A stretch of DNA of 64,000 nt from Spirochaetia bacterium (GTDB lineage: Bacteria > Spirochaetota > Spirochaetia > UBA9216): positions 1,728,001 to 1,792,000 of the forward strand of contig CAXXYH010000004.1 in assembly GCA_963677925.2 (NCBI GenBank). The letters are read 5' to 3'. Shown here piece by piece: positions 9,612 to 19,760 of the stretch; position 1 is the first letter of the stretch, and each line of letters opens with the position of its first letter. The notes beneath the pieces are model-generated. The model saw only the letters and a program-made list of their open reading frames with translations, was not told where the DNA came from and ran no database searches. The translations under genes and the position numbers were made by a program.

Positions 9612-10295
9612 TCAAATCAGCCCGTGTTCGGAAAAACTGTAGAAACCGGTTTCCGAGATAATCAGATGATCAAGCAGGCCTATCCCCAGGATATCGCCTG
9701 CTTTTTTTAACCTCTCAGTAAGCTCAATATCCTCCCGGCTCGGCTCGGTATTACCCGATGGATGGTTGTGTGCACAGATGATTCCCGCTGCATGTTCCTT
9801 AATAGGATCAGCAAAAACTTCACGGGGGTGTACTATAGTCCGGTTAAGCGTTCCTATAGACACAACCCTCAGTGCAATCACCTCATGAGCGCCGTTAAGT
9901 GAAATACAGAGAAAATGCTCTTTTTTGCTCGATGCGTAATAGTAAAGCAGGGGAGCTGCATCGGCAGGTGATGAGATCCGTTTGGCAAGAGGTTTGATTC
10001 TTCTTCTGGCAAACTCAATTGCCGCTGAAAGCTGGGCTGTTTTAGCCGTTCCAAGCCCGTTTACCCTCATTAAGGTTTCAGGCATTACTGTATCAACCGG
10101 ATTTTCATTATACAGTTCCAGAACTGACTGCGAAAGCTTGATAACATTATTTCCCTTTGAGCCTGATCCCAGCATTATCGCCATAAGCTGAATATCACTA
10201 AGGTATTCCGGGCCGTGTTCAAAAAGCAGTTCCCGCGGCCTCTCAGATTTTGGAAGTGCTGAAATATCGGGGTATGTATCGGTATAGAAGTTCAT
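9612..10295 (-). CDS. radC: RadC (JAB domain) protein
   Basis: ERPRE, VHPREVF, AHNHPSG and LLDHLII. Start placed at ATG 10295. Confidence 0.92.
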   Translation of the reverse strand: MNFYTDTYPDISALPKSERPRELLFEHGPEYLSDIQLMAIMLGSGSKGNNVIKLSQSVLELYNENPVDTVMPETLMRVNGLGTAKTAQLSAAIEFARRRIKPLAKRISSPADAAPLLYYYASSKKEHFLCISLNGAHEVIALRVVSIGTLNRTIVHPREVFADPIKEHAAGIICAHNHPSGNTEPSREDIELTERLKKAGDILGIGLLDHLIISETGFYSFSEHGLI

Positions 10296-10429
10296 ACAGC
10301 ACAACAATCCCTGTTTATTCACGCTGATTCAGTTAATGCTGTCAGTTTCATAATGTTCAATTGTTTCGAAGCCGGGATTTTAGTGTTATATTCTTTATTG
10401 TTAATAAAATACTAAAAGTGAGGATTATA

Positions 10430-13228
10430 ATGTTTATATCTCAAAAAACCCGGAAACTTACGCAGATTGCGGCAGTTCTTATTTCTTCATTAATTCTTAT
10501 TTCATGTCCTGACCTTGATATTCCTGAAGCGGTGTCTGTTGATGTAAGTTTTAACTTAAGCGGTTCAGACGGATATTTCAGTCAGGCTTCTTTCTCTGCA
10601 GAAACATCAAGTATATCTCTTAATGCCCCGTCTGGACTTGAATCTATCGATATTGAACTGGAATCAGATCCTGAAGGCTTGAGTATTAAGATTAATGATG
10701 AGGAACTGATAGCCGGTTCAGCGGTTACAGTTCCAATCAGTGACGGTACCAATGTGATTACAATCGAAGTTACTCCTACCGGCGGAGATGCCGTAAAATA
10801 TACGCTCAATATAACAAAGGCTGCTCCATCAGATGATGCGGATTTATCCGATCTTGAACTCAGCATCGGCACGCTTTCTCCTTCCTTTTCTGCAGATGTC
10901 TTTGTTTACACTGCAAGTGTATCAACAGCTACTAATGCAGTTACAGTAACTCCAAGCCTTAATGATGAAGATGCAGCAGTTACGGTTGACGGTACAACTG
11001 TTGCTTCCGGAGCCTCATCCGATTCTTTGAGTCTTGAAGTCGGGGCGAATGAAATATCTGTTGTAGTAACTGCAGAGGATGGTAAAGCCACCAGGACCTA
11101 CACAATCACAATCACTCGTCTTGCCGAAACTGATTCTGAACCGCCGGTGATTACTCTGATTGGTGATGAAAACATGACTGTTGCATCAGGAAGCTCCTTT
11201 ACCGACCCTGGAGCAAATGTAAGCGATAACCTTGACGGCAGCTGGGTTATTTATTCAGAAGATGAAGTTGACACCTCTGTGGTAGGGGATTATGCACTCA
11301 GATATAATGCATCTGACAGCGACGGCAATGATGCTGTCGAGGTAATCAGAACAGTTACTGTAGAAGCTGCTGCTGATCCTATAGAATTGGCTGAGTATTT
11401 TTATTGGAACCCGGATGAGGAAGACTATATACATTTTAAACTGGGTGACGGAATATACACTATTAACAGTCAGACTGATGGGCAGATCGATTCGGGAAGT
11501 ATTTACAGCTACAGTAATGATGAAAAACGTGCTGTTTTATACAGCACCTCCAATGACTGGTATTTAAGGATTGTCTGGTCTGACTTCTCAAGCGGTAGTT
11601 TCACAAATACACTGTACGGCGTTTTCGATACTGCTGCAGAGGCTGCAAGCGGGACTTATGGTGAAGCTCAGTTTGAAGCATATACTTCACCTGAATATGT
11701 CCCGCCCATGCTGGTCCTAAACGGAGATGCATCGGTTACCATAGAACAGGGTGAGGCCTGGACAGACCCTGGTGCAGTTGCATATGACTGGGGCTCTGAT
11801 CCTGAAACCGTAATTCCGGACGGTGAAGACCTTGACGGTCTGGATAAGGATAACCCTTCAGCCGGCAGTTATACAATTACTTATTATTTTGAAGATGATG
11901 ATTTAAACTCCGATACGCTTGAAAGACAGGTTGATGTAATTATTCCGGCTACAAACGACTGGGGATTTACCGGAGGCTATACTCTTGACGGCACAATAGA
12001 CTTTTCTGCGTTAAGCAGCAGGGATGATGTTCAGTTTCTGGGAATCTTTGTTCAGGGGATGGAAGGTCCTGAATACCTGGCTCATTCAATTCCTCAGTCT
12101 GTGTTTACTGGTTATGAAGCCGATTACAGCATCATTAATCTTGAACCCGGAGCACAATACAGCGTCATAATTTATGCAGTTGGGCCTTCAAATGAGACTC
12201 TCTCATATAATACCTCCGTTCTGCAGTCAGATGAATCATTAATCAGAGATTATAGTCTTAGAGCTGCAAATGACTGGGGGTATTCCGGAGGGAATGAACT
12301 CAACGGAACAATTGATTTCAGCGGCATGCTTGCTCCTTCGGCTGTTGAAGAGATAACTGTACATTTGCAGCCTGAAGATGATGCAATGGTTTATATAAAC
12401 TATCCCCTCTCATCTGATGATTTTGACGGATATTCCGTGGACTATAGTTTTATCAACCTTGAACCCGGTGTTGAATATGAAGTCAGTGCCATGATTTTTG
12501 ATGATCAGAACTATGCTTATTGGCGGGATAGTGAAACTTTCGTTTCAAGCGGGACGCAAACTGAGGACCTGTATATTTTTGATCCGAATGATCTAAGGCA
12601 TGACGGAGGGGGAGACCTGAGCGGAAGCATAGATATTAGCAGATTATCTTTTGCCGATGACGCTAACTATATTGTTATTCAATTGACAGGTAAGACCAAT
12701 GGCGATTTGCTTCGTCATACCCTCAGGCCTCCTTTTGCAGGCTCCACTGTGGACTACGAAGTTTTAAATTTTGATCCTGATGATGAGTATAATCTGCTTG
12801 TTTATACTGATGACGATGCAGGCAATCATGCTTCTGTCAGTAAGTTTGATCTGAGTATTCCCGTATCAGGGCTGGAACTTGATCTTGAAATCATGGATCC
12901 CGATAACTGGGGGGCAACAGGAGGTACACTCAGCGGTGAAATAGATTTCAGCGGGGTGTCATTTGCAGCTGATGTAAACTATGTTTACATTATTATGTCC
13001 TATACTGAAAACGGTGAATATTTCAGCCGTACCTTAACTTTTTATACAGACGATTTCAGCGGTCAATCTGTTTCCTACAGCTTTCACAATACCGATCCGG
13101 CACGAACTGATTATGAGCTCAGTGTGGGGGTGTGGGACAATGAAAATATGGATTCTGCATCAGCCTCGGCAAGCAGCATTCAGATCCCTTCCGGCGGATT
13201 GACATATAATTTTACGGTTACAGAGTAA
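10430..13228 (+). CDS. Large acidic surface lipoprotein: cadherin-like beta-sandwiches, Ig-like (DUF5011-type) domains and four C-terminal repeats of about 105 aa
   Basis: Lipobox LILISC. VVVTAEDG..TYTITITR, two PPxxxLxG..FTDPGA/WTDPGA units, and NDWGxxGG..GTIDFS repeats. Confidence 0.8.
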   Translation: MFISQKTRKLTQIAAVLISSLILISCPDLDIPEAVSVDVSFNLSGSDGYFSQASFSAETSSISLNAPSGLESIDIELESDPEGLSIKINDEELIAGSAVTVPISDGTNVITIEVTPTGGDAVKYTLNITKAAPSDDADLSDLELSIGTLSPSFSADVFVYTASVSTATNAVTVTPSLNDEDAAVTVDGTTVASGASSDSLSLEVGANEISVVVTAEDGKATRTYTITITRLAETDSEPPVITLIGDENMTVASGSSFTDPGANVSDNLDGSWVIYSEDEVDTSVVGDYALRYNASDSDGNDAVEVIRTVTVEAAADPIELAEYFYWNPDEEDYIHFKLGDGIYTINSQTDGQIDSGSIYSYSNDEKRAVLYSTSNDWYLRIVWSDFSSGSFTNTLYGVFDTAAEAASGTYGEAQFEAYTSPEYVPPMLVLNGDASVTIEQGEAWTDPGAVAYDWGSDPETVIPDGEDLDGLDKDNPSAGSYTITYYFEDDDLNSDTLERQVDVIIPATNDWGFTGGYTLDGTIDFSALSSRDDVQFLGIFVQGMEGPEYLAHSIPQSVFTGYEADYSIINLEPGAQYSVIIYAVGPSNETLSYNTSVLQSDESLIRDYSLRAANDWGYSGGNELNGTIDFSGMLAPSAVEEITVHLQPEDDAMVYINYPLSSDDFDGYSVDYSFINLEPGVEYEVSAMIFDDQNYAYWRDSETFVSSGTQTEDLYIFDPNDLRHDGGGDLSGSIDISRLSFADDANYIVIQLTGKTNGDLLRHTLRPPFAGSTVDYEVLNFDPDDEYNLLVYTDDDAGNHASVSKFDLSIPVSGLELDLEIMDPDNWGATGGTLSGEIDFSGVSFAADVNYVYIIMSYTENGEYFSRTLTFYTDDFSGQSVSYSFHNTDPARTDYELSVGVWDNENMDSASASASSIQIPSGGLTYNFTVTE
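11948..13225 (+). repeat. Four divergent protein-level tandem repeats with a period of about 315-318 nt
   Basis: Repeat heads NDWGFTGG (11954), NDWGYSGG (12269), NDLRHDGG (12587) and DNWGATGG (12902). Confidence 0.8.
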
Positions 13229-13259
13229 GGTTTTCTGTATCGTTTAATAGAGTATTTTT

Positions 13260-13290
13260 AAGCCCGTTCTGAATACAGGATGGGCTTTTT
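13260..13290 (+). terminator. Intrinsic terminator
   Basis: AAGCCCGTTCTG-aata-CAGGATGGGCTT followed by Ts. Confidence 0.75.
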
Positions 13291-13418
13291 AATATTTAGA
13301 TTCAGTCAGCTGACTCTTATTTCCACATCCATAATATTTCCGGTGTAAGATTAGAATTTGCATATCAGCCTCAGGAACACTATCTTTTAATTATGACCTG
13401 TTTAATAAGGCTGCAGCC

Positions 13419-14762
13419 ATGCTGAGGAGTGTAAGCAGGAGGTATCTCCTTTATTCTGTCAGCTTCGGATTTCTAATGGGAATAATTTTTCCTCTATACA
13501 CTTCGCTTTTTACCGAGTTTAAAAGCAGAACATCAATGTTAATTTATGTTGCAGGCTGTATAGCTGCAGGAATAACAGTCGGGCTTGTTTCCTACCTGAT
13601 AGGAAAAAAAACAATTTTCAGGGTGATAAAAATAATCTCCATGCAGATGCAGGATATATCCAGGAATAGGGGCGATCTTACCGCAAGTGTTGAGCTTGAA
13701 TCAGACGACGAACTTGGAATGCTCACAGAGAACTTCAACGGATTTATACAGAATCTGAGGCTGATGCTGAATTCCATCAAAGATGCACTGAACAGGGTTT
13801 CTGAAATAGGGATGGGGCTGAATTCTCTGGGGGCGCAAACCGGAAGCAGAAATCAGGAGCTGATTTTAAAGATAGCAAAACTGTCCGGTGAACTTGAAGC
13901 TCTTGATGCCGATGTTGTTGAATCAAGAAGGAATACAGGAGAGTTATCCTGTTTTACCTCGGAAGTCCAGAGACTCATTATACATATTTCTGAATCTTCA
14001 CAGACTATGGAAAATGTAATTACACTGATTAATGAAATGCCTGAAAATATATTAAAAAATCTGAACACTCTGACAATGCTTGAAAAGGTAGCCGTTTCAG
14101 GTACTGAATCAATGAATTTAACTATCGAGAATATAAAAATGATTGCAAACTCAACTTCGATAATTCTGGAAATGATAAATGTAATCAACGCTATTGCCGC
14201 GCAGACGAATCTTCTGGCAATGAATGCTGCAATAGAAGCCGCTCATGCCGGTGATTCCGGTAAGGGATTTGCTGTAGTAGCTGATGAAATAAGAAAACTT
14301 GCAGAGAATACCGCTTCCAATGCAAAGAAAATCAGCGGCTCACTTAAAGAGATATCAGAATATATCAATCATTCCAAGGAAAACTCATCGGCTACCGGTG
14401 AGAAGTTTCAAAGTCTGCTCAGCGGTATTCAAAATACTCTATATGATATTTCAAATTTCAGGGACAGTATTTCAAGTCTTGCAGATAAAAGCAGTACTGA
14501 GCTGTCAATTCTCGATAACCTTCTTGATTCATCCAGCCGCGTAAAAAACAGCTCAGATCTGATAAACGTAAGTATTTCAACAATTCAGAAATCACTCTCA
14601 GGGATAGGAAATATTTCAGACAGTATCAAATCAGATTTTCCGGCGATTGAAACGGAGATAGAATCCATATCCGCTGACATAGAAGATTTCATTGCGACAG
14701 CGAACAAAAATGAATCAAATGTTGAAGAAGTTCAGAATTTGATTGGAAAATTCAAAACATGA
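13419..14762 (+). CDS. Methyl-accepting chemotaxis protein (two closely spaced TMs, HAMP, signalling domain)
   Basis: [35 protein letters not shown] and the HAMP motif DELGML. Confidence 0.93.
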   Translation: MLRSVSRRYLLYSVSFGFLMGIIFPLYTSLFTEFKSRTSMLIYVAGCIAAGITVGLVSYLIGKKTIFRVIKIISMQMQDISRNRGDLTASVELESDDELGMLTENFNGFIQNLRLMLNSIKDALNRVSEIGMGLNSLGAQTGSRNQELILKIAKLSGELEALDADVVESRRNTGELSCFTSEVQRLIIHISESSQTMENVITLINEMPENILKNLNTLTMLEKVAVSGTESMNLTIENIKMIANSTSIILEMINVINAIAAQTNLLAMNAAIEAAHAGDSGKGFAVVADEIRKLAENTASNAKKISGSLKEISEYINHSKENSSATGEKFQSLLSGIQNTLYDISNFRDSISSLADKSSTELSILDNLLDSSSRVKNSSDLINVSISTIQKSLSGIGNISDSIKSDFPAIETEIESISADIEDFIATANKNESNVEEVQNLIGKFKT

Positions 14763-14764
14763 AA

Positions 14765-14799
14765 AAGCGGAGAACAGCCCTGGAGGGCTTCCCCGCTTC
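14765..14799. terminator. Hairpin between the convergent MCP and Hsp20 genes
   Basis: Imperfect stem AAGCGG..AGCCCT-gg-AGGGCT..CCGCTT. Confidence 0.55.
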
Positions 14800-14820
14800 A
14801 AACCACCATGTCCTGAAATA

Positions 14821-15174
14821 TCAGCTTGCCTTAATCTCAATTTTTCTCGGCTTTTCAGATTCCTTTATTGAAAGTACAACATTAAGGATTCCGTTCTTAA
14901 TTTCCGCATCAATCTTGTCGCGGTCTATGGTGTTGTCAATGGTGAAGACGTGATGGTAATCTCCTTCCCGTATTTCACGTATCCGGAACTCTCCGTCCGG
15001 ATGCCGGAGTTCTTTTCTTCCTGAAATAAACAGTTTGTTATCGTCTACCTTTATTTCAAGATCGTCTTTTGACACTCCTGGCATTTCCATTGTCAGATAA
15101 ACCTTTCCTTCCTGCTCAAAGATATCACAGCACGCGGAAAGTCTGTTTTTTGATACTTTAGTTGCTTCAGCCAT
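14821..15174 (-). CDS. Hsp20/alpha-crystallin small heat-shock protein
   Basis: EMPGVSKDDLEI and AEIKNGILNV. Confidence 0.9.
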   Translation of the reverse strand: MAEATKVSKNRLSACCDIFEQEGKVYLTMEMPGVSKDDLEIKVDDNKLFISGRKELRHPDGEFRIREIREGDYHHVFTIDNTIDRDKIDAEIKNGILNVVLSIKESEKPRKIEIKAS

Positions 15175-15183
15175 AATATCCTC

Positions 15184-15645
15184 CTATTTTACTTTTACGG
15201 CAATCTGCTTTGCCTTCATTTCTTCTTTTTTCGGAACATTTATTGTCAGTATTCCGTTAGAAAGTTCTGCTTTAATTTTTTCGGAATCAATGCTTTCAGG
15301 CATTGAAAGAGTCCGCTGAAATGAGCCGCTCCAGCTCTCCTTCTTGTACAGCTTTCCTTTTTCCTTTACCTCATTTTTGCCTTTCTTCTCACCTTTAATA
15401 GTTATAATGTTTGAAGTAATGCTAAGATCGATGTCTTTCTGTTCAAGTCCGGGCAGTTCACAGATAATTGAAAAATCATGTTCACTTTCAATTATGTCTA
15501 CTGAGGGAGATACACTTCGGTCAAAAAGTCCGGCATTCTCGCTGCGGGGACCGACATCAAAAAGATCATTGATCTCGTTCTGAAGTTTTTGCAGATCCGC
15601 CCAGGGATCATAGGGTGTTCGCTCTTTCCATCTTACAAGTGCCAT
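15184..15645 (-). CDS. Hsp20/alpha-crystallin small heat-shock protein
   Basis: PSVDI, ELPGL, GSFQR and AELSNGILTINVPK. AGGAGG RBS. Confidence 0.93.
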   Translation of the reverse strand: MALVRWKERTPYDPWADLQKLQNEINDLFDVGPRSENAGLFDRSVSPSVDIIESEHDFSIICELPGLEQKDIDLSITSNIITIKGEKKGKNEVKEKGKLYKKESWSGSFQRTLSMPESIDSEKIKAELSNGILTINVPKKEEMKAKQIAVKVK

Positions 15646-15680
15646 AATATATACCTCCTGAATTGGTGTTACTTACATAT

Positions 15681-15697
15681 TGCATAATGTGTGCCAA
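15681..15697 (-). promoter_or_regulatory. sigma54 (-24/-12) promoter of the Hsp20 pair
   Basis: The minus strand reads TTGGCACACATTATGCA, which is GG-N10-GC with TGGCAC. Confidence 0.7.
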
Positions 15698-15898
15698 AAA
15701 ATAGCATAGATTCTGAAAAATGTTTAAGTTCTTATATAGCAATTATTTATGGAAATCGAACTGAAGAAAATCTTCCAGGAGTACCGACTATTTTAAAATT
15801 ATTTCAGGGAAAAATGACGCAATTTTGCTGTAAAATTGTGTCAAAATGACTCTTTTTGCAGTCCAAGTTATGTTCAATATTGTTCAAATTGACACGGT

Positions 15899-16984
15899 TT
15901 AAGAACTGATTCTGTCAATTTTGTCCTGCAGTCCTGCTTTGTGAAGAAGTTCAGCAGAGCTTTGCAAAGGATTTTCACCCTTTGAAAGCAGATCAGCCGT
16001 ATGCAGGATTGCTACTCCCTGAAGGAACTCTCCGGTGTACTCAGAAGGGATCCGGTAATATTCTATAGGATCGGTGATAGAAAGCGGGAAGCCCCATAGT
16101 TTCAGCAGGTATGCTCCGGCCTTTTCTTTTGTAGCTTCGCTGAGTTTTTCAAGTTCGGGATTGCCGGAAATCATCTGGCTGCTCGTTTCGCGAAGTCCGC
16201 CTGCAATTCTTATATAACCGGAGGCTGACGGATCCTCTATATCAGATATCAGCTCCTCTATGTACTTACCGAATTTGATATTGCTGCTGTCTCTATTAAC
16301 AGTGCTGCTTGTGTACGGATCAAATATATTGATATTAAGAACAAGAGCTTTAAGAATCTCTGTACCCAGAAGATTGACTGCGTCATAAATTGAATAGATG
16401 TCTCTCTTAAATCCGAAAAAAGCTGAATAATTCAGCTGAAGCAGTTTCGTGGAGATACCCAGATCTTCTGCCACAATTTCTGAAATCTCATCTATTGAAA
16501 TCTCTTCCTGCTCGAGCTTGTTTTTCAGTCTGCTAAGGACTTCCTGATTCACAGGGACCGAAGTAATAGCGGCTATCGGCTGTATCAGATTTTCCGATTC
16601 TTCAGCATCCAGAAGACTGCATGACTGAGTGATTATCTTTTCAAGCAGCTCTACGTCGCAGGGTTTTGCCAGATATTGATGTGCAGTCTCTGTAACCGAC
16701 AGGATCATATCAAGATCGGAATATCCTGAGAGGATAATTCGTATAATACTGCTGTCGATTTCCTTAATGCGTTTAAGAAGCTCAACTCCATCCATTTCCG
16801 GCATTCGCATATCAGATACAATGATCTCAATTTTCTGCTGATTTATGATTCTAAGAGCTTCTTCTCCGCTGATGGCAAAACTCATGTCCCAGATATTATT
16901 CTTTGTTCGGAGCAGCCTTTTCAGGCTGTTAAGTATATTCGGTTCATCGTCTACAAATAGAATTTTTCGTTTCTCGGATACCAT
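15899..16984 (-). CDS. Response regulator with a C-terminal HDOD-like domain
   Basis: Receiver motifs LFVDDE, SDMRMPEMDG and LAKP. HDOD-like ISTKLLQLNYSAFFG and YLLKLWGFP. Confidence 0.88.
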   Translation of the reverse strand: MVSEKRKILFVDDEPNILNSLKRLLRTKNNIWDMSFAISGEEALRIINQQKIEIIVSDMRMPEMDGVELLKRIKEIDSSIIRIILSGYSDLDMILSVTETAHQYLAKPCDVELLEKIITQSCSLLDAEESENLIQPIAAITSVPVNQEVLSRLKNKLEQEEISIDEISEIVAEDLGISTKLLQLNYSAFFGFKRDIYSIYDAVNLLGTEILKALVLNINIFDPYTSSTVNRDSSNIKFGKYIEELISDIEDPSASGYIRIAGGLRETSSQMISGNPELEKLSEATKEKAGAYLLKLWGFPLSITDPIEYYRIPSEYTGEFLQGVAILHTADLLSKGENPLQSSAELLHKAGLQDKIDRISS

Positions 16985-17123
16985 ATCGACCCCGTAAAAA
17001 TATATGCTGCTTGTATTAATTATATTTCACAGACTTTCAGAAGCAAGTGCAGGATGTAAAAAGACCCGACAAAATGATTGCAACTATACTTTTTTATGTG
17101 TATAAAAAGATCCGGAGATAGAC

Positions 17124-17819
17124 TTGAAGATTCTTTATTTAGACGATATTCCTGTTCTTCTTAAACGTAAGAACGTGAAAAATATCAACCTGTCAATTCA
17201 TCCTCCAAATGGAGAAGTACGCATTACATCGCCGCTTCTTGCAACAGAAAAATCTGTAATGAAGTTTGCATATTCACGTCTTGACTGGATTATCAAGCAT
17301 AGGCAGAAGTACGCTACGAATGAACCGCTTCAGGAGCTAAGGATGATCTCAGGCGAAGTTCATTATTACCGCGGGAAAGCTTATACCCTGAAGCTGATTG
17401 AGGGTGCTGCCCAGTCTGGAATTGAAATTGCAGGAAAGAATATGTACATGTACTGCAGGGGGGAATCAGATTATGAAAGAAGAAAACGGCTTTTATATTC
17501 ATGGTACAGGACTGATCTTGCTGCAAGAATTGATGTCCTCAAACCGAAATGGAAGCATCTGATAAAACTTGAGCCTGAATCGGTGAGTTTTCGTAAAATG
17601 AAGGCAAGATGGGGAAGCTGCAGTATAAGTTCAAGACACATACGCCTCAATACTGAACTGGCAAAACTGTCAGATGCCTGCCTTGAATATGTTTATGTTC
17701 ATGAGCTGGTACATCTTTTGGAAAGGGCGCACAACCGTCGCTTTTACAGCTATATGGACAGCTTCCTCCCCGGCTGGAGAAAAACCAGAGCAATTCTGAA
17801 CGGCAGAAAAACTGTTTAA
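17124..17819 (+). CDS. YgjP/DUF45 (M48-like) metal-dependent hydrolase
   Basis: MKARWGSC and YVYVHELVHL (HExxH). Confidence 0.88.
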   Translation: MKILYLDDIPVLLKRKNVKNINLSIHPPNGEVRITSPLLATEKSVMKFAYSRLDWIIKHRQKYATNEPLQELRMISGEVHYYRGKAYTLKLIEGAAQSGIEIAGKNMYMYCRGESDYERRKRLLYSWYRTDLAARIDVLKPKWKHLIKLEPESVSFRKMKARWGSCSISSRHIRLNTELAKLSDACLEYVYVHELVHLLERAHNRRFYSYMDSFLPGWRKTRAILNGRKTV

Positions 17820-18796
17820 GAGGCTTTTTTTACCAGCACCCTGTCTGTATTTGAGCTCTTTTCCGGGTTTTTCGGTTTTATCAGTGTAAAAACCGAACCT
17901 GCACTTATCAAAGCTATTCCAACTGCCGTTGTGAACCCTGTCACCTCATTTAGAATAAGATAACTCAATAGGGCTGCAAGAAAGGGCTTTATATAGAATA
18001 CGGAAGAGGCCGCCTGAGCCGATGTGTTTCTTATCGCCAGTGCATAGAGGGTATATCCCAATCCTGTTACAAATATGCTGACATACAGAAGAACCGGAAG
18101 ATTCGAAAGGCTTATTCCTGAAGTAATCGGGATTGATGCAAATATTTCCAGACCTGCACTTTGAAGTAATGAAACTGCCGGATTGAGATGACTGATAAAA
18201 ATGAGAAAAAGCATTTCAAGTCCGGCAGCAATAAAGCTGAAGCAGGTGACTGCCATTACTCCCAGCCGGCTGCTTTTTGTCCGGCCGAGAACCCCGTAAA
18301 GTGAGAACGCTGTTGCGCCGCATATTGTTAAAACAATACCCTGCACAGGTGATGCAGAAATATTAAAAGGGGCGGCAATCAATATGATTCCGGCTGCTGC
18401 CAGAACTGCGCTGAAAACAGTGAAAATGTTAATTTTCTCTTTGAGTATCAGTGCAGCAAATACGGCAGTAAAAACCGGGTTACAGCTGAAAATAACCGCT
18501 ACAACAGATGCAGGAGTCTCAATCAGAGCTGTCTGATAGAAGGCCATGCTGACGGTGATACCAGCAAAGCCGGTAAGCAGAAAGAACAGCAGATCTATTG
18601 CCCTGATTCTGATTCCCTTCCTTCTGAGGTAACTGATAGTGAAGGGAAGCAGGAACAATCCGCCTATAGTAAACCTGATAAAGTTGAGCTGAACGGGATT
18701 GAAATCCCCTGCAATCTGTTTTAGAGCTATTTCCATTGTGCTGAATAGTACAGTTGATGCAGCAATGCAGAATAAGCCTTTTGTACTATGATTCAT
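17816..18796 (-). CDS. DMT/EamA family transporter
   Basis: About 10 hydrophobic segments in two EamA repeats (NPVFTAVFAALILKEK, PFLAALLSYLILNE). Confidence 0.9.
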   Translation of the reverse strand: MNHSTKGLFCIAASTVLFSTMEIALKQIAGDFNPVQLNFIRFTIGGLFLLPFTISYLRRKGIRIRAIDLLFFLLTGFAGITVSMAFYQTALIETPASVVAVIFSCNPVFTAVFAALILKEKINIFTVFSAVLAAAGIILIAAPFNISASPVQGIVLTICGATAFSLYGVLGRTKSSRLGVMAVTCFSFIAAGLEMLFLIFISHLNPAVSLLQSAGLEIFASIPITSGISLSNLPVLLYVSIFVTGLGYTLYALAIRNTSAQAASSVFYIKPFLAALLSYLILNEVTGFTTAVGIALISAGSVFTLIKPKNPEKSSNTDRVLVKKAS

Positions 18797-18992
18797 ATCA
18801 AGTACAGGTAAACATTTTTAACGAAATTAATCAATATAGGTTAACTTTGTTGCGCAGCTTTTTAAGTATTTGTAAACGAAATGTGATGCAGAAATGTTAA
18901 TTATATGAACTGAGTGTAAAATCTGCCTACTTAACTTGACGATCCCCACCTTTCCTGATTATCTATTAATTATCCTATAAAAGGAGTACGAG

Positions 18993-19694
18993 ATGGATAC
19001 AAGGGACAATTATTTTAATCCCGCAATGGCGCGGGAGAGAAGTATTATAAAGAATGTTTATCTTTGGATGACCGGAGGGCTGGCACTTACCGGTGTAATC
19101 GCTTACTGGCTGGCCGGTAATCAGTCGGTAATGTACACGCTGGTTTCAAACCCCATGCTGTTTTTCGGAGCAGTTATCGGAGAGCTCATTCTTGTGATGT
19201 TTATGTCGAGAAGGCTGATGAATATGAGCAGCATGGCTGCAACACTTTCTTTCACTGCCTATGCCGCACTTAACGGTGTGACTTTATCAGTAATTTTTCT
19301 TGCCTATACAGGAGCCACAATATCTCTGGCTTTTTTCACAACTGCGGCTATGTTCGGAGGAATGAGCCTCTATGCCGTGACCACAAAGCGTGAACTTCAG
19401 GGGATGGCTCACTATCTTATGATGGGTCTGATAGGAATTATTATCGCTACGATTATTAATTTCTTTCTTCAGAGCTCAGCACTGTATTACCTTATTTCAT
19501 ATATCGGGGTTGCTGTTTTTATGGGACTGACAGCCTATGATACCCAGCAGATTATGAGAATGAGCAGGCAGTTCAGCGGCGGTGTGGATGAGACCAATTA
19601 CATGCGTCTCTCAATCATGGGTGCGCTTAAACTGTATCTTGATTTTATAAATATTTTCCTCTTTGTTTTGAGAATCTTCGGACGAAGAAGATAG
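18993..19694 (+). CDS. Bax inhibitor-1/YccA family membrane protein
   Basis: VYLWMTGGL, LTAYDTQ and ALKLYLDFINIF. Confidence 0.93.
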   Translation: MDTRDNYFNPAMARERSIIKNVYLWMTGGLALTGVIAYWLAGNQSVMYTLVSNPMLFFGAVIGELILVMFMSRRLMNMSSMAATLSFTAYAALNGVTLSVIFLAYTGATISLAFFTTAAMFGGMSLYAVTTKRELQGMAHYLMMGLIGIIIATIINFFLQSSALYYLISYIGVAVFMGLTAYDTQQIMRMSRQFSGGVDETNYMRLSIMGALKLYLDFINIFLFVLRIFGRRR

Positions 19695-19722
19695 ATTACA
19701 CATTACACACAACAAAAAAATT

Positions 19723-19760
19723 AGGAGCTGAAAGAAGTAATTCTTCCAGCTCCTTTTTTT
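19723..19760. terminator. Intrinsic terminator, probably bidirectional
   Basis: AGGAGCTG..AAGAA/TTCTT..CAGCTCCT with a T tail, between convergent genes. Confidence 0.75.

Noticed and set aside
9612-10295. radC as a marker of a mobile element
   Set aside because: It is the full-length chromosomal form with the N-terminal ERPRE region, and no element genes are nearby.
17124-17819. YgjP/DUF45 protein as part of a type I restriction or defence locus
   Set aside because: No hsd or other defence genes are adjacent.
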